From Lama guanicoe (Eukaryota), in the NCBI GenBank assembly GCA_013239625.1, contig MU056050.1:4401115-4465114 (forward strand): 64,000 nucleotides of DNA, written 5' to 3'. A program made the position numbers and the translations under genes. The notes under the pieces are model-generated. The model searched no databases and was not told the DNA's origin. It saw only the letters and a program-made list of their open reading frames with translations. Shown here piece by piece: positions 31,901 to 45,560 of the stretch (within the stretch, counting starts at the first letter, position 1; each line of letters starts with the position of its first letter).

Positions 31901-33410
31901 GAATAAAGAGCAAAATGGGAGGAATCACTCTACCCCATTTTAAGTTTTACTACATAGCTACAGTAATCAAGATAGTGTGATTTAGCAGAACGATAGGTAC
32001 ATCAACAAATAAAACAAGATAAAGAACCCAGAAATAGACCCACCAAATATGCCTAGCTGATTTTTGAAACAGGTACAAAAAGCAATTCAATAGAAGAATG
32101 ACTTTTTCAACAAATGATGCTGGAGAAATTGGACATCTATAGGTAAGAAATGAACTTTGACCCAGACCTCACTCCTTACACAACAGTTATCTTTAAATGG
32201 ATCATATACTTAAATTTAAAACATAAAATTATAAAACTTTTAGAAAAAATAGAAGAAAATCTTTGAGAACTAGGGCTAAGCACAGAATCCTTAAGATTGA
32301 CATCAAAAGCACAATTCATAAAAGGAAAATTGATAAACTTCATCAAAATTACAAGCTTTTACTTTGTGAATGCCCCTGTTAAGAGGAATAAAAGAAAAAC
32401 TGCAGACTGGGAGAAAATATTTGATAACTGTATACCCAACGAAGGACTAGTATCTTGAACGTATAAAGAACTCTCAAAACTCAACAGTAAAATAAGAATC
32501 CAATTAGAAATGGACAAAAAGCATGACTAGAAAGTTAATTGAAGAAGATATACAGATGGCAAATAAATACTTCAAAAGATGCTCACTAATATTGCCATCA
32601 GGAAAATGCAAATTAAAATCACAAAGAGATATTACTACACACATATCAGAATGGCAAAAATAAAAAATAATGACAACACCAAATTCTGGCCAGGATGGGG
32701 AGAAATTGAATCACTCAAACACGGCTGGTGGGAATGTAAAATGATACAGCCACTTGGAAACACAATTTGGCAGTTTATTAAAAAAAAAAACATATGCTTA
32801 CTATACTACCCAAGAATTGCATTCCCAGGCAGGCATTTATCCTAGAGAAATTAAAACATATATTTACACAAAATCCTGCAAATGGCTGTTCATGGCAGCT
32901 CTGTAATAGCCAAAATCTGGAAACAACATGGCTATCCTTCATCAGATGGATGGTTAAACAAATTGTGGTATATCTACCATGGACAATGACTCAGCAATTA
33001 AAAAGGAACATGCTATTGATACATGCTCCAATTTGGATGATTCTTGATAGAATTATGTTGAATGAAAAAAGCCAATATCCAAGGGTTACAAACAATATGT
33101 TTCCACTTACACAACATTTTTGAAATGAGCAATTTATAGAAATAGACAAATTAGTGATTGCCGAGGATTAAATAGGGGAGTAGCTGGCAGGCAAGTGGCT
33201 GTGGCCATAAAAGGGCAACAGTAGGTATCACTGTAGTGATGAAAATGTTCTAAATCTTCACTGTATCAATGCCAGTATCCTGGTCCTGATATTTTACTAT
33301 AGTTTTTCATTGGAGGAAACTGGATAATGTGTACACTGAATCACTCTGCCTCATTTCTTACCATTGTGTGTGCATCTACAATTATCTCAAAATAAAAATT
33401 TAAAATTCAT
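28950..33410 (+). mobile_element. Long L1 (L1MC/MD-like) with 5' UTR, ORF1 part, ORF2 with internal deletions, and 3' UTR
   Basis: GC-richer 5' region (29200-29780), ORF1 motif ccacaccaagatacattatagttaaac, EN region (30680-31020), RT region (attgacaaaatccaacccccattcatgat; cctatttgcagatgaaatgattgtctatgtaga), and 3' end tctacaattatctcaaaataaaaattt. Many stops and frameshifts. Confidence 0.88.
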
Positions 33411-34912
33411 TAGGAAAGAAATCAGAGAACATAGAAAGATGTTGAAAATTTGTCAAGATAGAAAATTTTAAAAAGAGGAAAGAAAGTGTAATCACCCTTT
33501 TGTCAATAGGTCTACCACTAACACATTGGACTCTGGGTCTCTCAGTTGTGCAGCCTTGCCTCTTGACTGGGCTGAGGCCATTAGAACATTCATCTGAGGG
33601 TTAGGGTGGGGGAAAAACAGCGAGGCGCCACTCTCTCTCCTTGGCATTCCTCACTCCGTGGTACACAATTGTCAGGCACCTAACAGAATTGAGCAGAAAG
33701 AGCGTGCTTAGCATTGCAGCCACCTTATAAGTGTACCAAAGGAGTCTGGAACCTACTAATCCCAGTGAGGGGCTGCAATCATAATTCTTTAGGCAGAGGA
33801 TGGTCAAACTTCTTTCTCACTGTGCAGGTTAGATGACTAGGTTAGTATACTGGCCAGCTGCCTCTTTAATAGGTCCAAACGAAGTGTTTAAAGAGTGCCT
33901 TCACATCCTCACAGAACGGACAAGAATAGGCAGAGGACTCCACAAAGTTAAAAAAATCCAAGAGGCACCCTGGATTTTTATCTGTTTATTTAAATGGTAT
34001 ACATAAAATACCATACCCATATATTGTATGCATTCTTGAGAACACAGAAAAGAGACTTAGTGAATTAATGCAATGCAGATATGTGCTAGGATTCTAACAT
34101 GAGGTACCTGGAGTATATGTGTGTGTTGTGAGGAAAAGGAGACGACATGGGAGAAGGAGAGAGAAAGAGACAGAGGATGAAGCAAGCGAAAAGGAAATAA
34201 AATACAAATACCCCTCAAACACAGCATATATGATTGGATTACATGCTTACATTTATTTAAATTTTTGTAGATGTATGTATTTATGTATGCATAAACATAA
34301 TTTTAAAGTAAAATAAAGTAACATACAAATTAAATGTCTAATATTTTCTTTGGTACCTCAGTGGATTGTATTGTACTTGCTGCTTTGGAGATGGGGTGCC
34401 ATGGTCTGTCATTTATTGAGCGCTTATTAATAAAACAAGTACTATGGTAAGTACTTTACATAAATATGTTCAATGGGAGAAATAATCCAGGCCTCCAGTT
34501 TTGTGGTAGGGATTAAAACGGGTCTTGGCTTGCTTCTCGAGACCATATACAGGCTGTAGTATGTATTCTGTGTTGAACTTTTGTTATGAAAACAAGTGGT
34601 ATAGTGAGGTTTTGTTTTGTTTCTTCAGAGGTTAAGAAATACTGTTTTTATTTTTAAGGTGGAACATAGGAATAAAATGCTAAATGTACAACTCAGCTAA
34701 AAAACTTGAACAACTGTTGAGAACTGTTAGGATAAAGTTAAGCTGTGTTCAATTCTTACCCAAGTGTCTAGTCCCCCTTGCTGAAAGTTTTTCTGGACAT
34801 GTCAGATCAATCTCAGTTTCTTCCAAAATCTAAAAGACAGCATAATGTACAGTTTCAAATATGTAAGAAGCAAAAGGAAATACATAATATTTGTAGTATT
34901 ATTTTCCTTATA

Positions 34913-35415
34913 CAACAACCCCCCTTATGCCCAGGGGATATATTCCAGGACCCCTCGTGGAGGCCGGAAACCGCAGATAGTTCCGAACTCCATATATATA
35001 TATATATATTTTTTCCTATAATACGTACCCATGATAAAGTTTAATTTATAAATTAGGCTCAGTAAGAGAACATCTGAATTTCCACCATCACTACTCTTGT
35101 GCTTTGGGGCCATTATTAAGTAAAATAAAGATTATTGACAACAAGCACTGCAATACGGTGACAGTTGATCTAATAACCGTAGATGGCTACTAAGCAGCAA
35201 GCAGATGGGATATCCCGGACAAAATGATGATTCACGCCCTGGGCAGGATGGAGCGGGATAGTGCAAGATTTCATCATGCTACTCAGAACAGCATGCAATT
35301 TAAAATGTATAAATTGTTTATTTCTGGAATTTTCCATTTAATATTTTTGGACCTCAGTTCACCATGGGTAACTGAAACCATATAAAGCGAAACAGTAGAT
35401 AAGAGAGGACTACTG
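34913..35415 (-). mobile_element. MER44-like (Tigger7 family) DNA transposon
   Basis: Imperfect TIRs caacaaccccccttat ... ataagagaggactactg flanked by TA on both sides. Internal tgcaagatttcatcatgctactcagaac is typical of MER44. Confidence 0.85.
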
Positions 35416-37538
35416 TACTTTCCCAAATTCCTACCTCATAGAATTCTAGGGCCATACACATCAGCAGAGAGTCCATTCCCTTCATTCCTGGTTAATGGTC
35501 CCTTAATTATCCTGAAGAGAGCAGTAGGAAATAGTGCACAGAAGCTGCCTTCCCATAACACCTTTAATGGAAGCCTGCCGCACCCATAGCTCTTGTTCTA
35601 AGAAAAGCCTTTTGTTGGCCATGTGTGGTATCATATGACCCTGTACTTCTGGTCTCAGCTGATTGGACCAAGTGAAGGTACAAGGCTGAAGATAAGTCAA
35701 TCCATAGAAAGACACGTATTATAGATCCAAAAAAAAAAATGAGCTGGGACAACGAGATCCTCAGTTTCAGTAATTTTATGTAATATTACCAACTGTCAAG
35801 AACTTAATATGCATTTCTCATAGCTAGTCTAGAATGGAATTTTGAAAACCCTGATCTGCAGGAAAAAGTGGCAGATGGAGTTAAGTAACACTGCAGTGTG
35901 CTGCAATAAACGTACCCAAAGGAGCTCAGAATATTGCTGATCGGTAAATGACGAACAATGAGATTCCTGGTCACTATACTTTTTCTAAAAGTTTAATACA
36001 TTTATTTCCAAAATCTTTATTATAATATATTTTGGAGGAGCAGACTGGCTTTTAGTGTATGTTTCAATTTAGTCAATTTTAATTTCTTGTAAATGCACGT
36101 ACATTTTCCCATTATCACTTGTCTACATGTCCTCTAAGCATTGTTATTCCACTGAAAAATTAAAGGAGACCCAATCAGTAGTATTTTCTCACATTAACTT
36201 TACGGTTTAATAGAATCTAATTGCCTTCATAGCAAAATGCTGTCTTGTGGAGAAATTAATTGAAAACAAGAAGCAGGAATCTATCCAGCTATCTATCTTT
36301 CTTTCTTTCTCTCTTTCCACACATATACACATGCATAATTTCATTTATATGCATAAATAATAATTTCATATATACATAAATAATGATTCAAAAAGACATT
36401 GGGAGAGAATGCATGAAAATCTGGAAAATATAAGAAAGAAACCAAGCACGACATACCCTTTGTCTTTCAATAGCTATGTTACCTACATGTGAAAACATGA
36501 AAAGTAGTAAACTACAGGTTCTCTAAAGACAGATTCCTTATCCAATTTACTCATTAAAATTTTTTTCTCACCTAGCACAAATACTTAACTTATAAGACCA
36601 GATTTTCAAAAAATGATATTTTAGAAGGAAAGTATGTTGTAGAATAAATGCTTAAATCATGATTTTATCACTCCATTTAATGTCCAAAAAATTCAGCTTT
36701 GATGTATTTATTTCCTAGAGTTAAGATACTAGGCTAAATTATTAGGTAGACCTTCCAGAGCAATTATACAAAGAGGCATAATTATTCAGATCTGAAAACA
36801 TTTTCTATAATTTTTATGAAACAAAATGACTGACCAGACGTGAATACAGTTTTCCAGAATTAAAAAAAAAGTTATTTGGATTATGACCATTATTTGCGAC
36901 TAGGACCAGAAGTAAGAAATTGTGTAGGCCACCTGGAGGTACTATGGATATAAAAATCATATTCATAGCTCAGATATAGTCCTTGGGGTCCAGTGCAAGA
37001 AACTGTCTAGAGCCCAGTGGTGTGCCTTCCTAATGCATCTAACACATCATGTGATCCAGCTGGACCGGCTGAGCAGCAAATGTTAATTGAAAATCAGTAA
37101 GATCAGGAGAGCAAGCACGCACCTAGGCTTATCACTAGGTATTGATCATACTTAAACAGCTGATCTATGACCACCCTGGAAGTTCCAAGGTTAACTATGC
37201 TGGACCTAGCTTTAACAGAAACAGACTTTGAGTAATTACCCTCTCCAAAAGGACCCACCGGGATATGGTATTTTGACCAGAATTTTCCAGTTTGAGTAGC
37301 CAAATTCATAAATGTCTAGATTTTCAATCCTCTTTCAACTCTGAGTAAGAGAAACCTACAATAATAGGGAATAATCATAATCATAATCGTAGTTGTCATT
37401 TATTGACAATCTTGCAGGCTGAATATTTTTGTCCCTACTCTACAGATAAGGTGACAGACTTAGAGGTAGTGTTACACTGGCAGTAAGTGTCAAAGAGGAA
37501 CCAAAAATTCAGTTTTGTCCCAATGCCCTCAACTGCAC

Positions 37539-37903
37539 TGTCTCAGTCAGCTCAGGCTGTCACATCAAAATATCATAGACCAGGTGGCTTAAACAGCAGA
37601 TGTTTATCGCTTACGGTCTGGAGGCTGCAAGTCTGGATTAGGGTACCAGCATGGTCAGGTTCTGGTGCATGCTCTCTTCCTGGCTTGCAGACATGGCTTT
37701 CTCTGTGTTATATGGTGGAGAGAGGAACCTCTCCTGTCTCTTCCTCTCCTTGTAAGGGCACTAATTCCATCAAGGGGGCTCCACCCTCAGGATTTCATCT
37801 ATACCTAATTACCTCCCAAAGGCCCCACCTCATAATACCATTATATTAGAAGTTAAGGCTTCAACATGTGAATTTGAGGGGAACACAAACATTCAGTCCA
37901 CAA
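37539..37903 (-). mobile_element. MaLR LTR (MLT1A-like), solo
   Basis: tgtctcagtcagctcaggctg...ggtggcttaaacagcagatgtttat...ggggaacacaaacattcagtcca. Confidence 0.8.
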
Positions 37904-38519
37904 TATGCACTAAAAAAGCATTCATATTTTTCTGTGCAAGAATTTCTAAAATGTATGATGAACAATCATTTGTGAGGTGCTTTGCAAAAAAACTATATAT
38001 GTGCATTCTGCAGTGAAACACATTTGGCAAATAGATGTACAATATATTCAACTTGGAGAAAGTCACAGCACATGCTATCTGTGGGAAGTCCCTGACAAGT
38101 CTTGCACACAAGAAAATCTGTTTTACTTTAATCAATCTTTTCCAAACTTGGTTTTCTAATAAACACTTTTCCACAGAACACACTGAGAGATATTAGTTTC
38201 TGTCAGTCATGCTGTGGTCTTCCAACATTCTTCCTATGTAGGATTATGACTACAGGTTTCCAGAATTTAAGTAAAATTCATCATGTTACAAGGCTAGTGG
38301 GAGGGAACACAAAGAAGCAGAAAGCTTAATTGCATAACATTTGTGGTTGTGCCAGTGGATGAGAAAAAGCTAAGACAAGTGTGAGGGAGAGAATGAAACT
38401 GTATTATGTATATATAAGCTTAATATTCAACATCTTGCATAGACAAATAATCATGGTGATGGTGATGAGAGATGATTATTGATGATGATGATGATGATTA
38501 TTAGAAGCAAAGGCTAATT

Positions 38520-39039
38520 AATTAAAATACTGCCCCCTCAGAGCAAGAAGCAGAATCAACAGTGTGTGTCTGTGTATCTGTGTGTGTGTGCGTGCATGTG
38601 TGTACGTGGAGAGAGATAGAGAGAGAGACTTATTACCTAGGAATTGGGCCACATGATTATGGAAGCGGAGAAGTCCCATGATCTGCCATCTGCAAGCTGG
38701 AACCCCAAGAAAACCACTGGTGTAATTACAGTCTGAATCCAAAGGCCTGAGAAACAGGGGAGCTGATAGTGCAAATCCCAGGTCAAGGGCAGGAGATGAG
38801 AGATGTTCAAGCACACAGGCAGCAGTAAGGGAGATCATGTTCCCTTTCTCCACCTTTTTGTTCTATTCAGAACCTCAAAAGATTAGATAAACTGCACCCA
38901 CACAAGAAAGAGCAATGCAACAATGCAAATACTAATCTCTTCAGGAAACACCCTCACAGATACACCCAGAAATCATGCCCAAAGAGATATCTGAGCTTAC
39001 TATGATCCAGTTCAGTTGACACATAATATTAACCATCAC
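38520..39039 (-). mobile_element. ERVL LTR (MLT2-like), solo
   Basis: Internal (TG)n/(GA)n, gagaagtcccatgatctgccatctgcaagctgg, ends gttgacacataatattaaccatcaca. Confidence 0.8.
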
Positions 39040-40600
39040 ACTTATCATAGATGGCTTTTAAAAATCTAGAAAACTAATCACTGTACACAGCTGACATGAC
39101 TCTATTCTTGTACTGCAGCACAGGAGAGTTTTTATGTCAATGGCTAAAGAAATTTGTTGAGGGCACTCACTCTTTAAAACAAACCTACAAGTAAAAATCA
39201 ATTGCAAGAGAGTCATTTGACTAAAGCTTCTACACAAAGTTTCAGAGTAGAAGTGATGAATTTTTTAAAAAGACATACTAAAGCCTTCAAAGTGTGAAAT
39301 AAATTTCCACAACCCCATTTTTAAATGTCATGACAGACCTAGAAACAATTAAGTGAATATAACTAATTAAAACCAAATTACTAAATCGATAGTGTAATTT
39401 AACCCAAACTAAAACTCACTCTAGCAGACTTGAAATACTTAGATTTGACAAGCAGAGTGCTGGATCTCAATTAGATAATATGATGCTATTGGCCAGGCAA
39501 CCTGCTGAAAAATCTTTATTCTTCAATGTGAGATTAATAAGAAGGTACAATAGAATGTTCTCAGAACACATGAAATATTCCAAAATTCAGAATTAATCCA
39601 CAGTATTAGCTCTATTACTGTGATTCTACAAAGGCTAGCTAGCCATATTCCATAGGTTGAGAAAGGAGCACTATTAAGATGGTAACTATATTTAAGATAT
39701 AGCTCCAAATTAATTTAAAATGGCATAAGTTACATGTGTAAACTTTGTTATATGTTTATTCTTATTGTACTGCTTCATTTCTAAGCAAAATTACCCCTGG
39801 TGAAAAGGTTGTGGCTAAAACTGGAGAACTCGGCATATGAGATCCTCTATGGAATTTAGGAAGCAACATACAATCTGGAGGTCCTGAGTGGCATGCCAAA
39901 GGAAGGAACAGGGAGTACGGAGAAGTCATTTCTAGAATAGAGCTGGGTGAAATATGGAGCGAGGCTATATGCATTCTTGTTTCTGGGCCCAGTTGGTGAA
40001 CTGCAATGAAGGTACATTAATAAACGGAACAGTTCAGATGGCAAATTGATTTAGTCCATTTGGTTGTATGGATATAGATACTGGAACATATGGAAGAACT
40101 GGGCAGAATGATTTGGACAATAGCAGTAATTCACCTGACCGTGACTGAGAGAGAAATATCAATTTTCAAAGAGCCATAATTTCTTAAAATTTTAGTATTC
40201 TTTTAACAAGGAATAAAAACCTCATGTTCAACAATTAGACAAGAATCTTAAATTAACACAGAGATACAAATGACTGATATTAGACCCTTTCTTAAAATTT
40301 TTATTGAGTTATTTAGAAAACTATGAAAGTGGTAAGGGGGAATACACTAAGATAAAATGAGTCTGACCTATCAAAGAGCTTACTGCTGTTGATAACGGAC
40401 TAATATTGATAATGATGCCTCTCAGGTTTCAGCAAGATTCAGAAGCATTTTTTGAATAATTAACAAATAATCAAATCGTAATCAATGTAGTGAAACTTCA
40501 AGTTTATACTGAGTCTGTTTAAAAATTAATGATCCAGAGATGACATCAGCCAAATTGTGGACTAAGAAGCTCCAGGTCCTCATTTCCCGTTGGGAACATT

Positions 40601-40631
<31 letters not shown>

Positions 40632-43194
40632 CAAACAAAACTAGAAACTGGCTAACGTAACTTTATAGAAGCTCTGGAAAACAAAGATCTACAGCAATTA
40701 AGTAAATGCCTAATCAAGAAAAAGCAGAATTCGAATGGTAGGAAATGTCCTGGCATTCTTATTCACTGTTAACCTACTCTTTTCCTGGTGCTATAAGGTC
40801 TTGGTTTGGAGAAGGCAGCAGTCCAGTTTCCAATTCCCTTTCTTGACTCAGGGGAAGTTCTAACCTGTTAGAGTTTTGTCTGAGTGACTGTTCTCTTTCC
40901 CCTAACTTGGAGCTGGGGCAGGGAAAAGCACTCATTGGGTGATGTTCGGGAAAACTACTGGGAATCGAAGACTCACAGATGCCTGGGCAAGAGATTACTG
41001 GTGAAAATATTCAGTTGAAGATCTAAAGCAGCAGCCCAGTTCCCATTTGTGTGACTTATTCACACAATGACATACTATTTTGCAATGAAAGGAAAAAACT
41101 GCTGATACACACAGTAATAGGGGTGACTCTCACGGACATGCTGAAAGAAAGAAGCTGAGAACGAAAAGAACATAGAGTATGGTTTGTTTATATAAAGTCC
41201 TAGAAGAGACAAAACTAATCTATGGTGAAAAATAAAAAATTTGTCTCTGTTGTCTTTGGTGAGAGTGAATGGGAAGTGACACGAGAGAACTTTCTGAGGG
41301 GAGGAAATTTTCTAGGTCTTTGTAAGAATATAAGCTACGTGGGTACGTGCATCTGTCAAAACTTATTGCATTGTACACTTTGGATTTGTACATTTCACTG
41401 TAAGTACTTTTTACAGAAAATAATAGATCTGTAAACAAAATAAGTGAATGAATGAATGAATAAATAAGTGGATGAATGCAAACTGCTTTAGTTAAAAAAA
41501 TGTGTACTTCTGATGCTAAAATTCCACATGTAACAAAGTATTCTAAGGAGGTAGGTGACTAGATGTTCAGACATGCATCTACCTGGCTAGCTATGTATCT
41601 ATCTATCCATCTATCATCTATATATTTATCATATTGTACTTTTATGAAGTTTCCTGTATATGATAAAAATTAGAACAGTCTTCAAGTCTTTTATTTGGGG
41701 ATCATTTGAATAAAATATATGGCCATATAATGGAAAAGTAAACAGCCATTTCTAATTAGATTGTAGATCTGTGTTTATGACAAGGAAAGATGTCCATGAT
41801 TTTTGAGTATAAAAATATACTAAGATAGTAAATGTAGTATTGCTCATTATATCTAAATATTATTTGTGTATAGTTAAGTGGGTAGATAGATACATAAATA
41901 GAACATATTCATGAAAGGATAGACACAAAACAGTTAACACTGTTTATTTCTAGACTTCAGAGTAACTTTTACTTTAATATTTATACTTTTTCTATATCAA
42001 AACATTTCATAATAAGAATATATTATTTATATCAGCAGAGAAAATATAAAGCTATTTTCATTCTGGAAAATAGAATGCAAGCTACTTTTAAAAATAATTT
42101 CTTTTGAAATTAATGTGAAGAAATATATAATTTCTTCTCCTAGGTAATTAAATACCACTAAGGAACAATTAATTATGTAGAAAAACAGATTAACAGCAAT
42201 TTCTGTATTCTCTACCATTTATTTTCAGTCAATAACAAGATTTTTTCCCTTACTAGTATTAATAAACAATTTTTAAAATATACAAACAAAGTAAGTGTAT
42301 GCTAATTAACTTGTTTTTTTCATGGTGTATATGTATATGTCTGTGTCTAATTTTAGTTTTAAATAGTACTCTCTTATATTCAGTGTTCATATACAGAAGG
42401 CAGATGGTTGTCAAAGAGACAAGATAAGAAAAGACATGTTTGTCTACCTTCCAGAAGTGAAGATTTCTAATTAATTTTGCTTTCACTTTGCAGATATCAC
42501 TTGAGGTAAGCTATCAACTTTCCAACTGGCAGCCTAACTGATGAAAATTCAACCAACATCTCCGATTCTTTTTGGCATTCTCACAGGTTCCTTGATGTTA
42601 TAATAAGCAGGAAAAAAAAGTTTAAGGGCTGATTAAATCCTTATTAGTGGAAATGTGCAATGTGCATCCCCAAGAGCCTTTTGTTATAATACAAGGAAGT
42701 TTATTCCAAACTCCTTTACTCCAGTGTGCTTAAGGGTAATGAATAATAGGCATGAAGAATTGCAAATAGAGGTAGAGACACTATATAGTATTATGGATAA
42801 TAATTATTTTTAACAAAGCATATGCCTAACAATTGTTAATTACCATACAGAATATATAATAAATGAAAATGATAATCTTTATCCTCTTTGAAGAAATATA
42901 CCCTTAACTTTTACATACATGCAAATTTATCCATAGATTTCAACAGGCATTTAGACACATATAATAGTACAAAACCCCACTTCATTTACAAACAATTCTA
43001 AGCATGTTCTGTCATTTATAGAATGTCTCTTCAAAATGTCCACCGTTTTTTAAGGGATGCTTAAGAAGTAGCTACTATTTATAGTATCTGAGAAAAACAA
43101 ACTATCTTTCCCCCAGTATTAAGCATCTTCATTTTCCAAAATAAAAATGGATTCACTGTGATTGAATTGTTTTTCGGATTAGAAAAGTCATAGT

Positions 43195-43590
43195 TTACTA
43201 TAGTCTGGGAAACAGACTCTGAGATAGATATTTGCATGCAGATTATTATTGGCAAGTGCTCACAGAAATATCATCTGTGAGTGAGTGACAGAAGGAGGTT
43301 GGACAGAAGAAGGAGTTGAACAGTCATGCAATTGCACCAGAGGCCTTAACCAACCTCTCAGGAAGCTCTGGAGCTGGAATAGCCCTAACCAGTGTCCCAG
43401 TGAAGACAAGGTTGCTCAGCCTCGGTAACTCCTACATCAACTGGTCATTGGATGCAGGATGCATCAAAGAAAGAGTGTAACCTTAGGGAAAGCAACTCCT
43501 TTAAGTTGACTACAATGCAGCTGGATGAATAATGCCACAGGCCTGAAGAGGGGAGGACTCTGGATGTTTTACTGCAGAATCCACTACAAC
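43195..43590. mobile_element. Old MaLR LTR (MLT1-group)
   Basis: aaacagactctgagatagatatttgcatgcagattattattgg...ggaagctctggagctggaatagccct...atccactaca. Confidence 0.6.
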
Positions 43591-43679
43591 TAGTAAAACA
43601 TGGACACGGTATTAGAAGATGTAAAGAGGAAAGTAAAAATCTCTCGTAATCCCATCAACCATACCTAAGCAAAGTTTTG

Positions 43680-44850
43680 CATTTCACCCAAGCTGAAGAA
43701 TGCACACATTATTCTTAAGCACTCTGATTCTATCTCCCTCACTTCCACACCCAGGTAACTAGCAACTCTTGATAATTTTATACACCAAATGTTTTCTTAA
43801 ACTTATTCCTTCTTCCAAAGTTATCTCCATTTCTGTGGCCCTAATTCAGGCCCTCATCTCTTGCTTCATTTGTGACATCTGCAGTTTTACTGATTTTCCA
43901 GCTCATTGGATATTATTTCCTCCTCCTCCTCCACACTTTGGCCTTCTGACTGACCTGTTTAACTCATCACCTTTTCAGACTTGACTTTCCCTTACACTCC
44001 CTCTCTAGGCTGTGTTTTCAAGTCACCCTCCAGGTACCTCTATTAGAACATTTACTATATCATACTTAAAGACTTCCAGTGATTTTCCATTCTGTTTTGG
44101 ATAAAATCCAGATTTACTCTGGTTTGCAAAGCCCTACACAACCCGACTTTTGCCTATCTCTTTAGAGTTCACTACAGTGTATCTGCACTTCCTTCTTTCT
44201 GTCTTTAATTATGTAGCCACCAAGGTCATTCACGTCTCGGAGCCTTTTTGCTTTAGCTGTCTCCTAGGTCAGGAATGTTATTTTCTCTAATCTTGACATG
44301 ACGTGCTCTTTCTTGTCATTGAGTTCCCTGGTTACATGTCATCTTCTGGGAGAGCTCTCTTGACTACTCCAGTTTAAATACTTACCCAGTCATTAACATA
44401 TCTCTCTTTCATTTTCTTCATAGCACTTGTCACAAACTATAACTACTTTGGTGACTTTCTGTCTTCCTCCATTAGAACATAACCGCCTGGGGGGAGAGTA
44501 TAGCTCAATGGTAGACTGTGTGTTTAGCATGCAAAAGGTCCCGGGTTCAAGTCCCAGTACTGCCATTAAAAATAAATAGATAAATAGATCTAATTAACTC
44601 CCCCTACAAAAACAAAACAAAACCAAAAAATAAAAACTGAAAAAAAAAGCACTGGAATTTGACACAACATTGTAAAATGACTATAACTCCATAAAAAAAT
44701 GTTTAAAAAAGAAAAAAAAAAAGAATATAACCCCCAGACAACAGTAAATCTATGTTTGCCTTATCTACCACTGTTTCCTCAGAATCTAGAAAACTGCTAG
44801 ACACATAGTAGTCTACTGATAAATATTTGATAAATAAATGTTATCTTTGT
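43680..44850 (+). mobile_element. L2 3' portion interrupted by the SINE at 44489
   Basis: ataaaatccagatttactctggtttgcaaagccctacac...tctagaaaactgctagacacatagtagtctactgataaatatttgataaataaatg. Confidence 0.7.
44489..44721 (+). mobile_element. tRNA(Ala)-derived SINE (camelid Vic-1-like) with an appended L1-like 3' tail
   Basis: tRNA-like head GGGGAGAGTATAGCTCAATGGTAGA...GGTTCAAGTCCCAGTACTGCCA with A- and B-boxes (44491-44565), AT-rich body, and A-tail. Imperfect TSD agaacataaccgcc (44474-44487) / agaatataaccccc (44722-44735). Confidence 0.88.
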
Positions 44851-45087
44851 CCTCTTTAGAGTGTATGTTTCTCAAAACTAGAGCATGTCTTGATTTGAAA
44901 GTGGATAACCAAATACCGTAAATACACTTTATAATTCAACAGCATATGCTCTAGATGGATTAGACATGACTCAGCAAATTCTAGAAAATCAAACAAATTA
45001 GATTAGAATATTAATCCTACACGTGCAAAAATATTTTATCTTTAAAGTGAAAAGCTTTACAGAGGATAAAACTGCCATATTTGAATA

Positions 45088-45560
45088 TGTCAACTGAAAT
45101 AAAATGGCACAACATGAGAGTAGTTAGTTAAGTTTTCTTCGGGGCAAAGTGAGGACCATAGCCCAGGAAACAGCATTTCAGACAGCTCTGAGTAACTGCT
45201 TCCAAGAGGCTGGGGGGACCGTCAGTATTATATATGATTTTAGTGAAAGGAGGTTGCATGCCGTCAAACACACATGTAAGTAGAAGCTTGCTGCTGGTCA
45301 CGAGAAGCAGATGTCACCACTAATGATTTTAGTGCTTTTCTAGATAAGAGGATATGCAAGAAATTGGGCTCATAAAATCTCCTGAAAATACCTGACTATC
45401 TGAAGGCCTGTTCTGCCAATTTTCCAGAGCACAGAGTGCCTCATTTCTGATCTCCACCCTGAACTCCTGTGTTGAAGGCTGTGTTGAAGGTCAGTGACTG
45501 CAGTGGCCCATGATTTAATCCTTACAGAAGTAGATGGCAAGTACCAATTTTTAGTTGGCA
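45088..45560. mobile_element. Solo ERV1-type LTR, 473 bp
   Basis: TG...CA ends with inverted termini TGTCAACT / AGTTGGCA and a perfect 4-bp TSD AATA (45084-45087, 45561-45564). Confidence 0.88.

Noticed and set aside
31023..33123. ORFs at 31023-31283, 32579-32845 and 32794-33123 (also 9230-9466, 10874-11125)
   Set aside because: Frameshifted remnants of L1 ORF2, not host genes or an active element.
44491..44565. tRNA-Ala-like sequence as a functional tRNA gene
   Set aside because: Stems are mismatched, and it has a SINE body, A-tail and TSD. It is a SINE head.
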